Below, piece after piece: positions 21,297-30,497 of a stretch of DNA of 64,000 nt. This DNA is from Nitrosopumilus sp. (GTDB lineage: Archaea; Thermoproteota; Nitrososphaeria; Nitrososphaerales; Nitrosopumilaceae). Where the stretch lies: the NCBI GenBank assembly GCA_965204345.1, contig OZ241981.1:544001-608000 (forward strand), read 5' to 3'. The position numbers and the translations under genes were made by a program. Each line of letters begins with the position of its first letter. Within the stretch, counting starts at the first letter, position 1. The notes beneath the pieces are model-generated. The model saw only the letters and a list, made by a program, of their open reading frames with translations. It was not told the DNA's origin and made no database searches.

Positions 21297-22091
21297 ATGA
21301 CTGAGTGTGAATTTTCTGTAATTAAATATGTGCCAGATATTGTAAGATTTGAACCAGTCAATGTTGGGATTGCATTATTGGATAAGGAAAATAAAAAAAT
21401 GCATAACAAGTACATTAGAAATTTTTCAGCATTTTTTGATAGGTTAGGTGTTGAAAAAATTAATGGTTTTGAACATTCATTTGAAAATTATAAATCAATA
21501 GTAAATGTAGATAATTCCGATTACTTATGGAAACTTCATGATTCGTTTCAAGGCAGTATGTTTTATTCTGAACCAACAAAGATCAAATCAGATACAATCG
21601 ATGCTACTTTACAGCAAATTTTTAACAAAATGATTAGCATTCCAGAAAAAGAAATTTCAGTTAAGGAACAAATATCAGTAAATGTAATTAAAACAAAAAT
21701 TAAACGGCATATTACAAAATTAAAATTTCCAGAAAAATCATACAAAGAAAGATATGAAATTATTCCGGAAACAAAGATTCCACAAACACGAGATTTTGCC
21801 TTTCTTAAAGAAGATGAACTAATAAACACTATTGATATTTTCACTTTTTCAAGCACTGGATTACTTGACAATCTTAAATTATTTTTATATGAAATAGATG
21901 CAATAATGAAATCAAAAATATCCCAGAACAATCAACCATTAATATTCAGTACCAAGCCAATTAATGCCTATGAAAAGTCTAGATCAGTTCATCAGTCAAT
22001 AGAATATTTGCATATGAGCAAAATCTCGATAATATATCCTGATAAACAAGAAGAAATGATTCAAAAAATTCGAAATAATATAGCAGTCTAA
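21297..22091 (+). CDS. DUF3037-domain protein (partner of the HipA-like kinase)
   Basis: FSVIKYVPDIVRFEPVNVGIAL signature; starts 2 nt after the kinase stop. Confidence 0.82.
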   Translation: MTECEFSVIKYVPDIVRFEPVNVGIALLDKENKKMHNKYIRNFSAFFDRLGVEKINGFEHSFENYKSIVNVDNSDYLWKLHDSFQGSMFYSEPTKIKSDTIDATLQQIFNKMISIPEKEISVKEQISVNVIKTKIKRHITKLKFPEKSYKERYEIIPETKIPQTRDFAFLKEDELINTIDIFTFSSTGLLDNLKLFLYEIDAIMKSKISQNNQPLIFSTKPINAYEKSRSVHQSIEYLHMSKISIIYPDKQEEMIQKIRNNIAV

Positions 22092-22676
22092 ATCAAACAA
22101 AATCTTTTCCCAAAAACTCCTCAAGCATTTACGAATTTGAAAAATCATTCTACAGTATTATTCATCAATAATTCATATTTGAGATAGAGCAGTCATTTGT
22201 TTTGATAAAATTTGTTTTCCTTTAACTTTAAGAGCTGTGGTTGACAGAAAGGAAAACTAGGCTAGTGTAATTAGCACATTTAATCTTGATACCCAATATT
22301 ATTATGATTCTGTATCATTAAAAACCTTGTAGGTCTGTGTAATGGTCGCATAAAAGTCTGAAATTCTTTAGGTAAGGTTTGATTCCCGTGAAGTCAATGA
22401 GATATTATCCAAACTAGATGTATCATATGCTTAAAGGTCTCTTTTTCAGATATAGATAAGCAAGTCAGCTGTGCTCAACAGCTATGAGTTTAATAGTTCT
22501 AGCATATTTTCATTTTCTTAAAAAAATATATGACAATATTATCATCAACTGAAATTCCCATAGTATGGAAAGAACACCCCTATCAGAGAATTGGTAAATA
22601 TCTCATCAAGTTATTTTTTTTTTGTTTGTTTGTTTGTTCTAGTATGCAAGCCCCAATCTTGATACAATTTATGATT

Positions 22677-22724
22677 CCAAACAAGTAAGAACTACAAATA
22701 TCATGCTAAACATAAAAAGAATCA
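22677..22724. repeat. 48-bp perfect direct repeat (att-like), copy 1; duplicates the TauE 3' end
   Basis: ccaaacaagtaagaactacaaatatcatgctaaacataaaaagaatca is identical to 25202-25249. Confidence 0.95.
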
Positions 22725-22856
22725 GAATATGGTTCGTAATAATATTTTTTAAAACCAACTGCTTAGTTGTTGCATAGTTTCAGAAAACAAATTCCATGTA
22801 TCAGCAACGTCTATGGTTTACTAATTATTATTACATCGTCTTGCAAGTATGCTTGC
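22715..22856. repeat. 142-bp direct repeat, copy 2
   Basis: See 20047-20188. Confidence 0.95.
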
Positions 22857-23194
22857 TCAATTTCAGCGCGTTTTAAAATCTCATTTACCACATAATCATT
22901 GAATTCTGATGCTTGATCATCATTTAACTCATAGCCTGCATCATTTTCTATTTTTTCTAGTGCTTTACCAAGTGCATCATCATACTTTGCTTTCAGTTCT
23001 TCTTTTTTATCGTCTTTTGATTTGTCTTTTTGTTCTTGCTTGAGATATTGTTTTGCTTCCCAGTCTGCATCTTTGAGAATATCTTTAACAGATTTCTCAT
23101 TTGTTTTGGCATCTGTGCTGTCTACCATTAAAAGTGGTATAACGAGTGCAGCAGCCAAAGACGCAAACAAAAAGATTTTGACTGTATTTTTCAT
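22811..23194 (-). CDS. Secreted hypothetical protein (possibly truncated)
   Basis: Signal peptide MKNTVKIFLFASLAAALVIP..., followed by a charged helical body. Confidence 0.65.
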   Translation of the reverse strand: MKNTVKIFLFASLAAALVIPLLMVDSTDAKTNEKSVKDILKDADWEAKQYLKQEQKDKSKDDKKEELKAKYDDALGKALEKIENDAGYELNDDQASEFNDYVVNEILKRAEIEQAYLQDDVIIISKP

Positions 23195-23508
23195 TATTGT
23201 AGAATATGATTAGTCCAGTCCAATAAAAATAGACTTGATTCTCAAGACTTGTAAATGATTTTATTCTAGTTTTAGAAATTTTCAGCCTTGCATGCTGACA
23301 GTAAATCAAAAACCATTACTTTAGGTTGTATGAAGATAAGTTCAAAGCAGAAAATGGGGAGTGTAAAGGCGATTACTGAGCTCTCTTTTGAATCTCGTAG
23401 TTAGAATAGTCTAACGGAACCGTAATAACTATACCACTTTTCATTTTTTTAAAGGTTGGGAATTGTCGATTTTGATAAGTTTTGATGATCCATGCCATAA
23501 ATCACAAA

Positions 23509-23815
23509 TTTAGTAGGGATAGACACGAATCTGTCTGATCGCACAAGTTTTAATCAAGACCTGCAAGCGGCACCGGTAAATTCCAGTGAACAGATCATCG
23601 AAATTTACCAGAATTGTCCGTTGCATTTACCGTGTTCATCTTAAAACCATCAAGATTTGCTTTGGTGTGGTTGTTTCCTCTATTCCTTGATCAATGTCAG
23701 AGAAAGAATCTCACTACACTAAATGAACATAAGTTTGAAAATCAGAAAACACCCCAAGATTCAACAATGTCCCAATTTATCTCCGGTGCTTATCTCTCAT
23801 GAACGCAACAGAACC
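23509..23815 (+). mobile_element. MITE-like element, near full length (right TIR intact, left TIR eroded)
   Basis: Homologous to 38156-38271, 56631-56865 and 20187-20239; ends tatctctcatgaacgcaacagaacc. Confidence 0.8.
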
Positions 23816-23857
23816 CAAACACAAAAAGATTAAAATGATTTGGCTTGAAGATAATGC

Positions 23858-24067
23858 ATGAAATTTCAAACAATATTTTGGAAAGAGGATGACATGTATG
23901 TCATAAAAAAAGTCACTGCCGATGTAACAACACAGGGTCGTACCATAGATGAGGCGCTAGCAAATATCAAAGAAGCAGTCCATATTTATCTTGAAGAAAT
24001 GCCAGATGTAAAAAATACCATACAAAACATGGATATGGTTGGGATAACAAGTCTCAAAGTTCCCTAA
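23858..24067 (+). CDS. hicB: HicB-like antitoxin
   Basis: TQGRTIDEALANIKEAVHIYLE signature. Confidence 0.88.
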   Translation: MKFQTIFWKEDDMYVIKKVTADVTTQGRTIDEALANIKEAVHIYLEEMPDVKNTIQNMDMVGITSLKVP

Positions 24068-24279
24068 GCTTGCATAAAACAAAATAGTAAAAATTCTTGT
24101 TGATGACTTTGATTTTCAAGTCTCACATCAGAGAGCAAGTCACGTTGTTTTGCATAAATTTGTAAAAGATAGAAAAATAACCACGGTGGTTCCGTTGCAC
24201 AAAGGTAAAGGTTGGAACTATTTTTGGTATTTTATCACTTGCAAAAATCAAAAAAGAAGATTTTCTTAAAAACATATGA
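24051..24279 (+). pseudogene. hicA: HicA toxin pseudogene (no start codon, TAA at 24075, frameshift near 24204)
   Basis: Reconstructs as SKFPKLA*NKIVKILVDDFDFQVSHQRASHVVLHK...TTVVPLHK/VKVGTIFGILSLAKIKKEDFLK. Confidence 0.85.
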
Positions 24280-24406
24280 TGAGATTGTTGTAACATCTGC
24301 CATATCAGAATTTGGAACATATTCGGGAATTATTTTTGGCGCTGCTACTACACTCTGGTTAACATTTTTACAAAAATATACCAAATGTGCTTTCCAAAAT
24401 TATTAG
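24280..24406 (+). pseudogene. Orphan PEFG-CTERM-like sorting-signal remnant
   Basis: EIVVTSAISEFGTYSGIIFGAATTLWLTFLQKYTK is a degenerate PEFG motif plus TM helix plus basic residues, with no upstream body. Confidence 0.45.
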
Positions 24407-24455
24407 ATGAACTCAAGTAATTATGGAAATGGAATTTATGTTTGTAAGATGCGAT

Positions 24456-25112
24456 TTAATTTTTAATTACCCAATCATGAATTATTTTTACTTGTTCCAG
24501 AATTATTGTGTTTAGATTGTCAATAGTTTGTTGCATATTTGCAATCTTATCTTTTAGATCCTGGTTTTCTTTTTGTATTTCGACAGCTTTTGCAGATAAA
24601 GCATTAAAATCATATAGCACATCAAAATATTTTTGCTCCCAATCAGTCATTTCTCCAACTTTTGAAGTTGGCAGTTTGGATGGAACAGGGTCTGATGAAC
24701 CATCAGAATATGTTACAATGATCGTATCTGTCATCCAAGGATGAACTATGCAAAAGTAAGGTACTTCGCCTACTTCAGTTGGATTCCATTCAAATGAATT
24801 TCCAGTTATTACTAGACCAGAGTCAAATATGGCACCTACTGAATCAGCATCTTCTGCAACACCTGATGTGAATGTATGTGCTGCGCTATCAGTGTTTGAA
24901 AATATCACAACACCACCTACATCAACTGTTGCTGTACTTGGTATGTAACATCCTTCTGGTGTGTCTTGACAACCAGAAAAGCCAGAACCTGCCGCGGCTT
25001 TGACTGTTACCTCTGAGTGATCTGCAAAAACAGCAGTTGGTGCTGTCATTGTGACAATACCTGCTGCAATAGCAAATAGTACGAAGAAAGAACCAAGTGC
25101 TTTAGTCTTCAT
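24456..25112 (-). CDS. Secreted plastocyanin/cupredoxin-domain protein with a C-terminal coiled coil
   Basis: Signal peptide; AHTFT and YFCIVHPWM supply type-1 copper ligands. Confidence 0.9.
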   Translation of the reverse strand: MKTKALGSFFVLFAIAAGIVTMTAPTAVFADHSEVTVKAAAGSGFSGCQDTPEGCYIPSTATVDVGGVVIFSNTDSAAHTFTSGVAEDADSVGAIFDSGLVITGNSFEWNPTEVGEVPYFCIVHPWMTDTIIVTYSDGSSDPVPSKLPTSKVGEMTDWEQKYFDVLYDFNALSAKAVEIQKENQDLKDKIANMQQTIDNLNTIILEQVKIIHDWVIKN

Positions 25113-25201
25113 TAGAGAAATTACCTGTTAAGATACATAAAAACCCCACTGGTTTCGAGATACAGAATCAGCTTCTTCTGTGTTGGTGCAATTTTAGAAT
25201 G

Positions 25202-25249
25202 CCAAACAAGTAAGAACTACAAATATCATGCTAAACATAAAAAGAATCA
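25202..25249. repeat. 48-bp perfect direct repeat (att-like), copy 2, overlapping the TauE stop codon
   Basis: See 22677-22724. Confidence 0.95.
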
Positions 25250-25998
25250 AAAAACAATTTAACGGCAGCAATTACCATTACTGCCGAGATTAGAATTTGT
25301 AAGATGCGTTCATTGACATCTAGGGAGATTCTTGCCCCAACCAGCCCGCCAAGAAAAGAGCCCATGGCTAAAAGACCAGCGTGAAGAAAATCAGGATGTC
25401 CCAAAATACTATGAGTCATCATTCCAGAAAATGAAGCAAACAGCAGTATCAACTGGGATGTAGGGGCAGCCTTTTTCATAGTCATGTTTAGCCCGACTAG
25501 CATCAAAGGAACAAAAACTATCCCGCCGCCAATGCCAAAAAACGAAGAGATTATACCAGCAAAGAAGCTGGCAGCAATCACAAAAAGTAGCATCTGATAG
25601 GAGGAGGTCTTTTCTCTTGTCTCAATTTTTTTTCTCAAAAAAATATAAGCCGCAGAAGCAAACAATACAAGGCCAAACAAGATTTTAAAGATATCAGGAG
25701 TTACAATATTTGAGACAAATGCCCCCAAAATAGTGCCAGGTACTGAGAGCAGCCCAAGCTTTAGTCCTAAAGAAAACTCAATTCTTTTTTGCCTGGAATA
25801 AGAGATCGTAGATGCAGTGGCATTGCTAAATGCGGCAAAAAGACTGTTACTTGCAGCAGCAGTGGGGGAAAATCCCAGAAAAGTCAGTACAGGAACTATA
25901 ATGATGCCGCCACCCAGTCCTATCATAGAACCTAAAACTCCTGCTGCAAATCCCAGGGGAACTAGCCATAAAGAATCAATCATCGTAATGCCAATCAA
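25231..25998 (-). CDS. Sulfite exporter TauE/SafE family protein
   Basis: Duplicated G(L/I)GGG...VP motifs; about 8 TM helices. Confidence 0.92.
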   Translation of the reverse strand: MIGITMIDSLWLVPLGFAAGVLGSMIGLGGGIIIVPVLTFLGFSPTAAASNSLFAAFSNATASTISYSRQKRIEFSLGLKLGLLSVPGTILGAFVSNIVTPDIFKILFGLVLFASAAYIFLRKKIETREKTSSYQMLLFVIAASFFAGIISSFFGIGGGIVFVPLMLVGLNMTMKKAAPTSQLILLFASFSGMMTHSILGHPDFLHAGLLAMGSFLGGLVGARISLDVNERILQILISAVMVIAAVKLFFDSFYV

Positions 25999-26023
25999 AG
26001 AATTTTCTGTTATTTAATTTGGG

Positions 26024-26656
26024 CTACTTTAGAATTATCAGGGTTTGCAAGACAGAGTTATCTTGGGATGTAATTTCCAAAAAGACTTTAACGTCCCCCA
26101 AATTATCAATTTTGGATTTGATGTTGCGCTCATCAGAGTCATAGTAAAAAGTCTGAACAGCCTTGACCCAATCAGAGACAGACTCAAATTCAAGGGATTC
26201 TTCTTCCTCCCAGCAGTCACAAACAAGAGTTTCAATCATGGTTTCAAATATTGCCATAGTTTCATCTGAATTTGATTCCAGAGTAGGAGTTTCAAGATTG
26301 GCCACGGCCATAATGGGGGAATTGATGTCTCCCCCGATGTTGATATTGCCCAGGGGATTTCTTTGAGAGTCAAGAACGGCAGTAGTAGTACAGTAATCCA
26401 CAGTTCTTGGCATGCCCTCATCAAAAAAGGTACAGTATTGATCAATAGTATGATCAGTTATTGCAGTAGGAGTGGATACGGAAATATTCTGTTCAGATAA
26501 TTTGGTTTGGATGGTTTGAATATCATAATAAGTAAAGCCAGCATCATAAATTAAATCAGACCCCGGTTCTACTGAATCAGGCTCAGATAAAACCAGAGAT
26601 ACAGAAATGGCCGCAATAACTCCTAGCAGTACAGAGATTAAGACAAGTTTGTTCAT
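26024..26656 (-). CDS. Secreted/membrane-anchored hypothetical protein
   Basis: N-terminal hydrophobic helix; acidic body with YC...YC...CDCW. Confidence 0.75.
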   Translation of the reverse strand: MNKLVLISVLLGVIAAISVSLVLSEPDSVEPGSDLIYDAGFTYYDIQTIQTKLSEQNISVSTPTAITDHTIDQYCTFFDEGMPRTVDYCTTTAVLDSQRNPLGNINIGGDINSPIMAVANLETPTLESNSDETMAIFETMIETLVCDCWEEEESLEFESVSDWVKAVQTFYYDSDERNIKSKIDNLGDVKVFLEITSQDNSVLQTLIILK

Positions 26657-26708
26657 GAATTGTAAATCCTGTGGTTAACGCCTGTTTTAAAGATAAGGCT
26701 TTGCAATG

Positions 26709-27200
26709 CTAGATTGAGATTATACTTAACTTGGAATCCTTGTCAATATTGTTTTTGGCAATAAACCCAGAGGTTACCTCAAGAACATACAGTGCATCAC
26801 CATCCGGAACTACGCTTTGACAGGTTGTTATTTCTAATGCAGTTTTGCAAGGAGGCACATCTTGCTCTATGTGGACAACATTGCCGTCCTGATCAAACCA
26901 AATCATATCCAAAGAAAACTGCATGTTTAACATCCAAAGAGAATAGATACCAGGCTCGCTAAACACGAAGATCATTCCCTGATCATATGGAAGTTGGTCT
27001 TGAAACATTAATCCGCGAACACGCCTAGGTTCAGAATCAGCAATTTGTACTTCAAGGGGTATGTCATCTACCATAATTGTCCCCCTAGGAAATTCAACAG
27101 ACTCTAGCTTGCTATCACTTGGAAGCGTCATTAGTCCAATTACGCCAATAATTACAGCTGCAATGGTTACGGGGATTAATGCCTGGGCCCTGGTGGTCAT
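26709..27200 (-). CDS. DUF192-family protein
   Basis: RVRGLMFQ...GMIFVF...WMLNMQFSLDMIW...YVLEV. Confidence 0.9.
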   Translation of the reverse strand: MTTRAQALIPVTIAAVIIGVIGLMTLPSDSKLESVEFPRGTIMVDDIPLEVQIADSEPRRVRGLMFQDQLPYDQGMIFVFSEPGIYSLWMLNMQFSLDMIWFDQDGNVVHIEQDVPPCKTALEITTCQSVVPDGDALYVLEVTSGFIAKNNIDKDSKLSIISI

Positions 27201-27237
27201 GTACTAATTTGTCTCAATCCTTTTAAAAACTAAGACG

Positions 27238-27588
27238 TTACAAGACAGAACTTTTAAAATCATTAATTGTAGATAGCGTACTTTTTGTCTCATGTCCAAT
27301 ATCATGCAAGGTAGAGCCGTTGTATTTTTTGTCAAGATACCTGCCTGCTACAATCATTGGACCGCCTACTGCACAAGTAACACCGGTCGGTTCAGGTACC
27401 CACAGCATTAAAAATCCAATTTTTTGGAGTTTTTTGCCCGGTGCAGGCGCTTTTTGAAGGGCACCTAAAGAGGTGGCCGTATGTTTGTTATCAATGGTGG
27501 CAACCTCACTGTACAAATTTGCCCTACGTTTGGCAGAATCAGAAAATTTTCGTAATTTATCTAGACGTTCCTTTAGGGGATCAGCCAT
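27238..27588 (-). CDS. Hypothetical protein
   Basis: 116-aa ORF with a hydrophobic hairpin (WVPEPTGVT). Confidence 0.7.
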   Translation of the reverse strand: MADPLKERLDKLRKFSDSAKRRANLYSEVATIDNKHTATSLGALQKAPAPGKKLQKIGFLMLWVPEPTGVTCAVGGPMIVAGRYLDKKYNGSTLHDIGHETKSTLSTINDFKSSVL

Positions 27589-27718
27589 TCGAACATAAAT
27601 TTAAAAAAAAATAGTTAAGAGCAAAAGATCAACTACGGTTACTTGCAGGTCAACAAAGAATAGCTAAAATTAAACAAAAAAACACTCAATTATAAAGATT
27701 GAGATAGATATAGAAACA

Positions 27719-28183
27719 ATGAAACCGAAAAATTCCAAAAGATTGGATTCAATCAAGGCCGCACACCAATCAGAAAGAGCAAGATCCAGTACAAGAAAAG
27801 AGGACTATTTGGAAGTAATTTCAGAGCTGGTAGAGTTAAAAGGATATGCCACGACATTGGACATTTCAAGATACATGAACGTAAGCGCGCCAAGCGTTAC
27901 CAAGATGTTGCAGAGACTAGATGAAAATGGGTTTTTAGAATATGAAAAATACCACGGAATTAACCTTACAAACAAAGGAAGGCAGATTGCAGAAGGGATT
28001 AGACAAAAACACGGAATACTGTTAGAGTTTTTTGAAATTTTGGGAGTTGGATTTGAGACTGCAAACCAGGATACGGAGGGAATTGAGCATCACTTGAATC
28101 CAAAGACAATCAAGCAGCTAAGAAAATTCATCACGTTTCTCAAGGCAAATCCAAAAATCATCGACAGCTTCAAAAATCTTTGA
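27719..28183 (+). CDS. DtxR/MntR-family metal-dependent regulator
   Basis: EDYLEVI, VSAPSVTKML, KHGILLEF and EGIEHHL motifs. Confidence 0.93.
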   Translation: MKPKNSKRLDSIKAAHQSERARSSTRKEDYLEVISELVELKGYATTLDISRYMNVSAPSVTKMLQRLDENGFLEYEKYHGINLTNKGRQIAEGIRQKHGILLEFFEILGVGFETANQDTEGIEHHLNPKTIKQLRKFITFLKANPKIIDSFKNL

Positions 28184-30005
28184 GGAAGACCTGAATGTCA
28201 TTTTGAGATGAAGAGTTATTCATCAGGGTGCGTGCAGTCTCAGAGCGTTTTGGTATCTTGATTTGGCCCTTTTTGCCAATTCGCACAGATGTCACAAAAC
28301 TTCCACTAGCATGAATGTCAGCATGCATTGAGGCAAAATCCCTATTGACAGTTAGCAGAAGAGCGGTTTTAGACTCTGAAAAACTAAACGGCAAATCATT
28401 AGTTGTTACAGATACATCCTCAAAAACCTTCTCAACAACGTCTATGTGAACTTGGAGTGATTTTTCGATTTCGTTTATGTTAGAGCCGCCCCGGCCAATG
28501 ATTGAAGCCATGTTTCTTGCATCAACCATGACCTTGACTCGGTTATCAGACAGGATTTCGACCTCGGCACGTGGATCATAGCGCCTAAAGACTTCACTGA
28601 TTTTGTCTTCTGCAAGCTTTTCTATTCCTATTTTTTCAGTATTTTTTCCAACGGGAACGATCACATTCTCCTCTCCAAACGTGTAGATTTCGTGCTCTAA
28701 AAGCCCATCATCAAAATTCTTGATCTCAATGACAGGTCTTGCAAGATCAGACTCTGTCATGCCGGTAGGTACTTTGACCTTTAATTCCAGATCATAGATT
28801 TTTTGAATTGTGCCATCTTTTACAAACACTACAGTATCCAAAACGTTGGGAATCATACCAAGTTCTATTTTTCCTATGAATCGCTGAACTGCATCCAATG
28901 GAGAATTTGCATGTATCACGCCTACCATGCCAACACCAGTTAATCGCAAATCAGCAAAAGTCCTAAAATCCTCACGCCGTCGGACCTCATCAAAGATGGT
29001 ATAATCGGGCCTGACAAGTAACAAAATATCAGCAGTGTTATCAAAACTTCCATCCAGCTTGCTATACTGCGTAATTCCCGAGTCTACCTGAAGATCACGC
29101 GGAGATTCAAATGTTTTAACAATTTTTCCCTGATTGTGATAAAAATTTGCCAGTCCGGATGCCAGAGTACTTTTTCCAGAGCCTGGGGCGCCAGAGATTA
29201 TGATTCCCTCAGCGTCATCAGAAAAACGTTTCATTAGTTTTTCTGAGATAGAGTAATCATCAAGGGATAATTTTACAATAGGATGAACTATGGTTATCTC
29301 AAAGGATTCAGAGAAGGGAGGAAAAGTAATGGCAATTCTATAGTCATGATGCTGTATTACATATGCGCCAGTCTTGGATATCTCCCGGGTTGTACCAGAA
29401 TCAGAAGCGGCAGCAAGATCTAAAATTTGGGATGAAACTAGTTCCAGATAATCCCTAGAGAGCAACTCATCTGAGAGCGCTTTTAATGCAAAAGATCCGG
29501 GCTTGCCTTTTTTTGCCAACGGATAGTTGTGCTCTTTTAGATGAACGCTCATGGTTTCAGGGTCAAAAAACTTGAGAAATTCAAGAGGCTTAGACAGAGT
29601 TCCAGATTTTAAAAGAACAGTCTCCACCCCTTCGGCCTGAGCTACCAAATGCTGGAGGTTATCAGAGGTGTACAAAACAGCATTATTTTGTTTGGCCATA
29701 TCAACAATTAATGCATCCAACCTTCCGCTTTCTGCAAGCTTGACATCATCAAAAGAAGGATGTATGCCAGATACGGCAATGCTTAGGCCGTGTGTTCCAG
29801 ACAGTGATTTGAGATGCTTGATTTTTTCCAGTCCAATAAATCCCTGCTCTTTTTTCTTTGATGCCTGTGACTGCAACTCATCAAATACTACCTGAGGAAT
29901 AATTATTTCGCAGTTACAAACAGAGCCGGATTCTATTTGGGCAATTAACTGTCCATTAATAATAACACTGGTATCAGATACAATTTTTGACAATGCAGTA
30001 ACCAA
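28170..30005 (-). CDS. PIN-domain ATPase with KH domain (PINA family)
   Basis: N-terminal DTSVII PIN domain, GAPGSGKST, FDEVR and C-terminal IIGRGG KH motif. Confidence 0.92.
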   Translation of the reverse strand: MVTALSKIVSDTSVIINGQLIAQIESGSVCNCEIIIPQVVFDELQSQASKKKEQGFIGLEKIKHLKSLSGTHGLSIAVSGIHPSFDDVKLAESGRLDALIVDMAKQNNAVLYTSDNLQHLVAQAEGVETVLLKSGTLSKPLEFLKFFDPETMSVHLKEHNYPLAKKGKPGSFALKALSDELLSRDYLELVSSQILDLAAASDSGTTREISKTGAYVIQHHDYRIAITFPPFSESFEITIVHPIVKLSLDDYSISEKLMKRFSDDAEGIIISGAPGSGKSTLASGLANFYHNQGKIVKTFESPRDLQVDSGITQYSKLDGSFDNTADILLLVRPDYTIFDEVRRREDFRTFADLRLTGVGMVGVIHANSPLDAVQRFIGKIELGMIPNVLDTVVFVKDGTIQKIYDLELKVKVPTGMTESDLARPVIEIKNFDDGLLEHEIYTFGEENVIVPVGKNTEKIGIEKLAEDKISEVFRRYDPRAEVEILSDNRVKVMVDARNMASIIGRGGSNINEIEKSLQVHIDVVEKVFEDVSVTTNDLPFSFSESKTALLLTVNRDFASMHADIHASGSFVTSVRIGKKGQIKIPKRSETARTLMNNSSSQNDIQVFLKDF

Positions 30006-30318
30006 CAGGAATTACTCTAGTGCCCTAAATTACTTTTCTAAAATATCAGAAACTGCCTTTAAGACAGTTAAAGTCAAAGGGTTTTCAAATACAGATAGTT
30101 GATATCATCCAAACCTGATCAAAGCATTTAATCAAAAAGAGGGCTAAAAAACGACTTTTTATGCCATACTGCGATTAAAGGATAGCGGCATTTTCATTGA
30201 CAGCTCCAAAAATGGTGCCGCAGTATCGGACCTGCAAAGATTCCAGCTAAAGAAAACAGACACTTAGAGCCAAAATCCCTCACTCTCTTAAAAAAATGCA
30301 GGCATTGGAATGCACATT

Positions 30319-30456
30319 ATGGGCCAAGGAATCCAAAAAAACCAAGAGTTTTATGAGAACTGTGGCAAGTATTTTGAATTTTTACGCAAAACCGGCTCTA
30401 AAGACTATGAGTTTGAGGATGAATACTATTTTACCATGCCTGCAATTTCAAACTAG
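30319..30456 (+). CDS. Small hypothetical protein, 45 aa (not in the ORF track)
   Basis: MGQGIQKNQEFYENCGKYFEFLRKTGSKDYEFEDEYYFTMPAISN; protein-like and co-oriented upstream of tldD. Confidence 0.55.
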   Translation: MGQGIQKNQEFYENCGKYFEFLRKTGSKDYEFEDEYYFTMPAISN

Positions 30457-30497
30457 GCAACACAAGGTTTAGGAGTCTTAAAAATAATGAAAAAGGA

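Noticed and set aside
22614-22638. T10 plus (GTTT)n tract
   Set aside because: Simple microsatellite or U-tract with no intact upstream gene to terminate.
23614-23802. 62-aa ORF, and its homologous 91-aa ORF at 56609-56884
   Set aside because: Both lie inside MITE copies; frames are not preserved throughout and there are no transposase motifs.
20047-25249. Integron or provirus interpretation of the island
   Set aside because: No integrase, no attC RYYYAAC/GTTRRRY boxes and no viral genes recognised.
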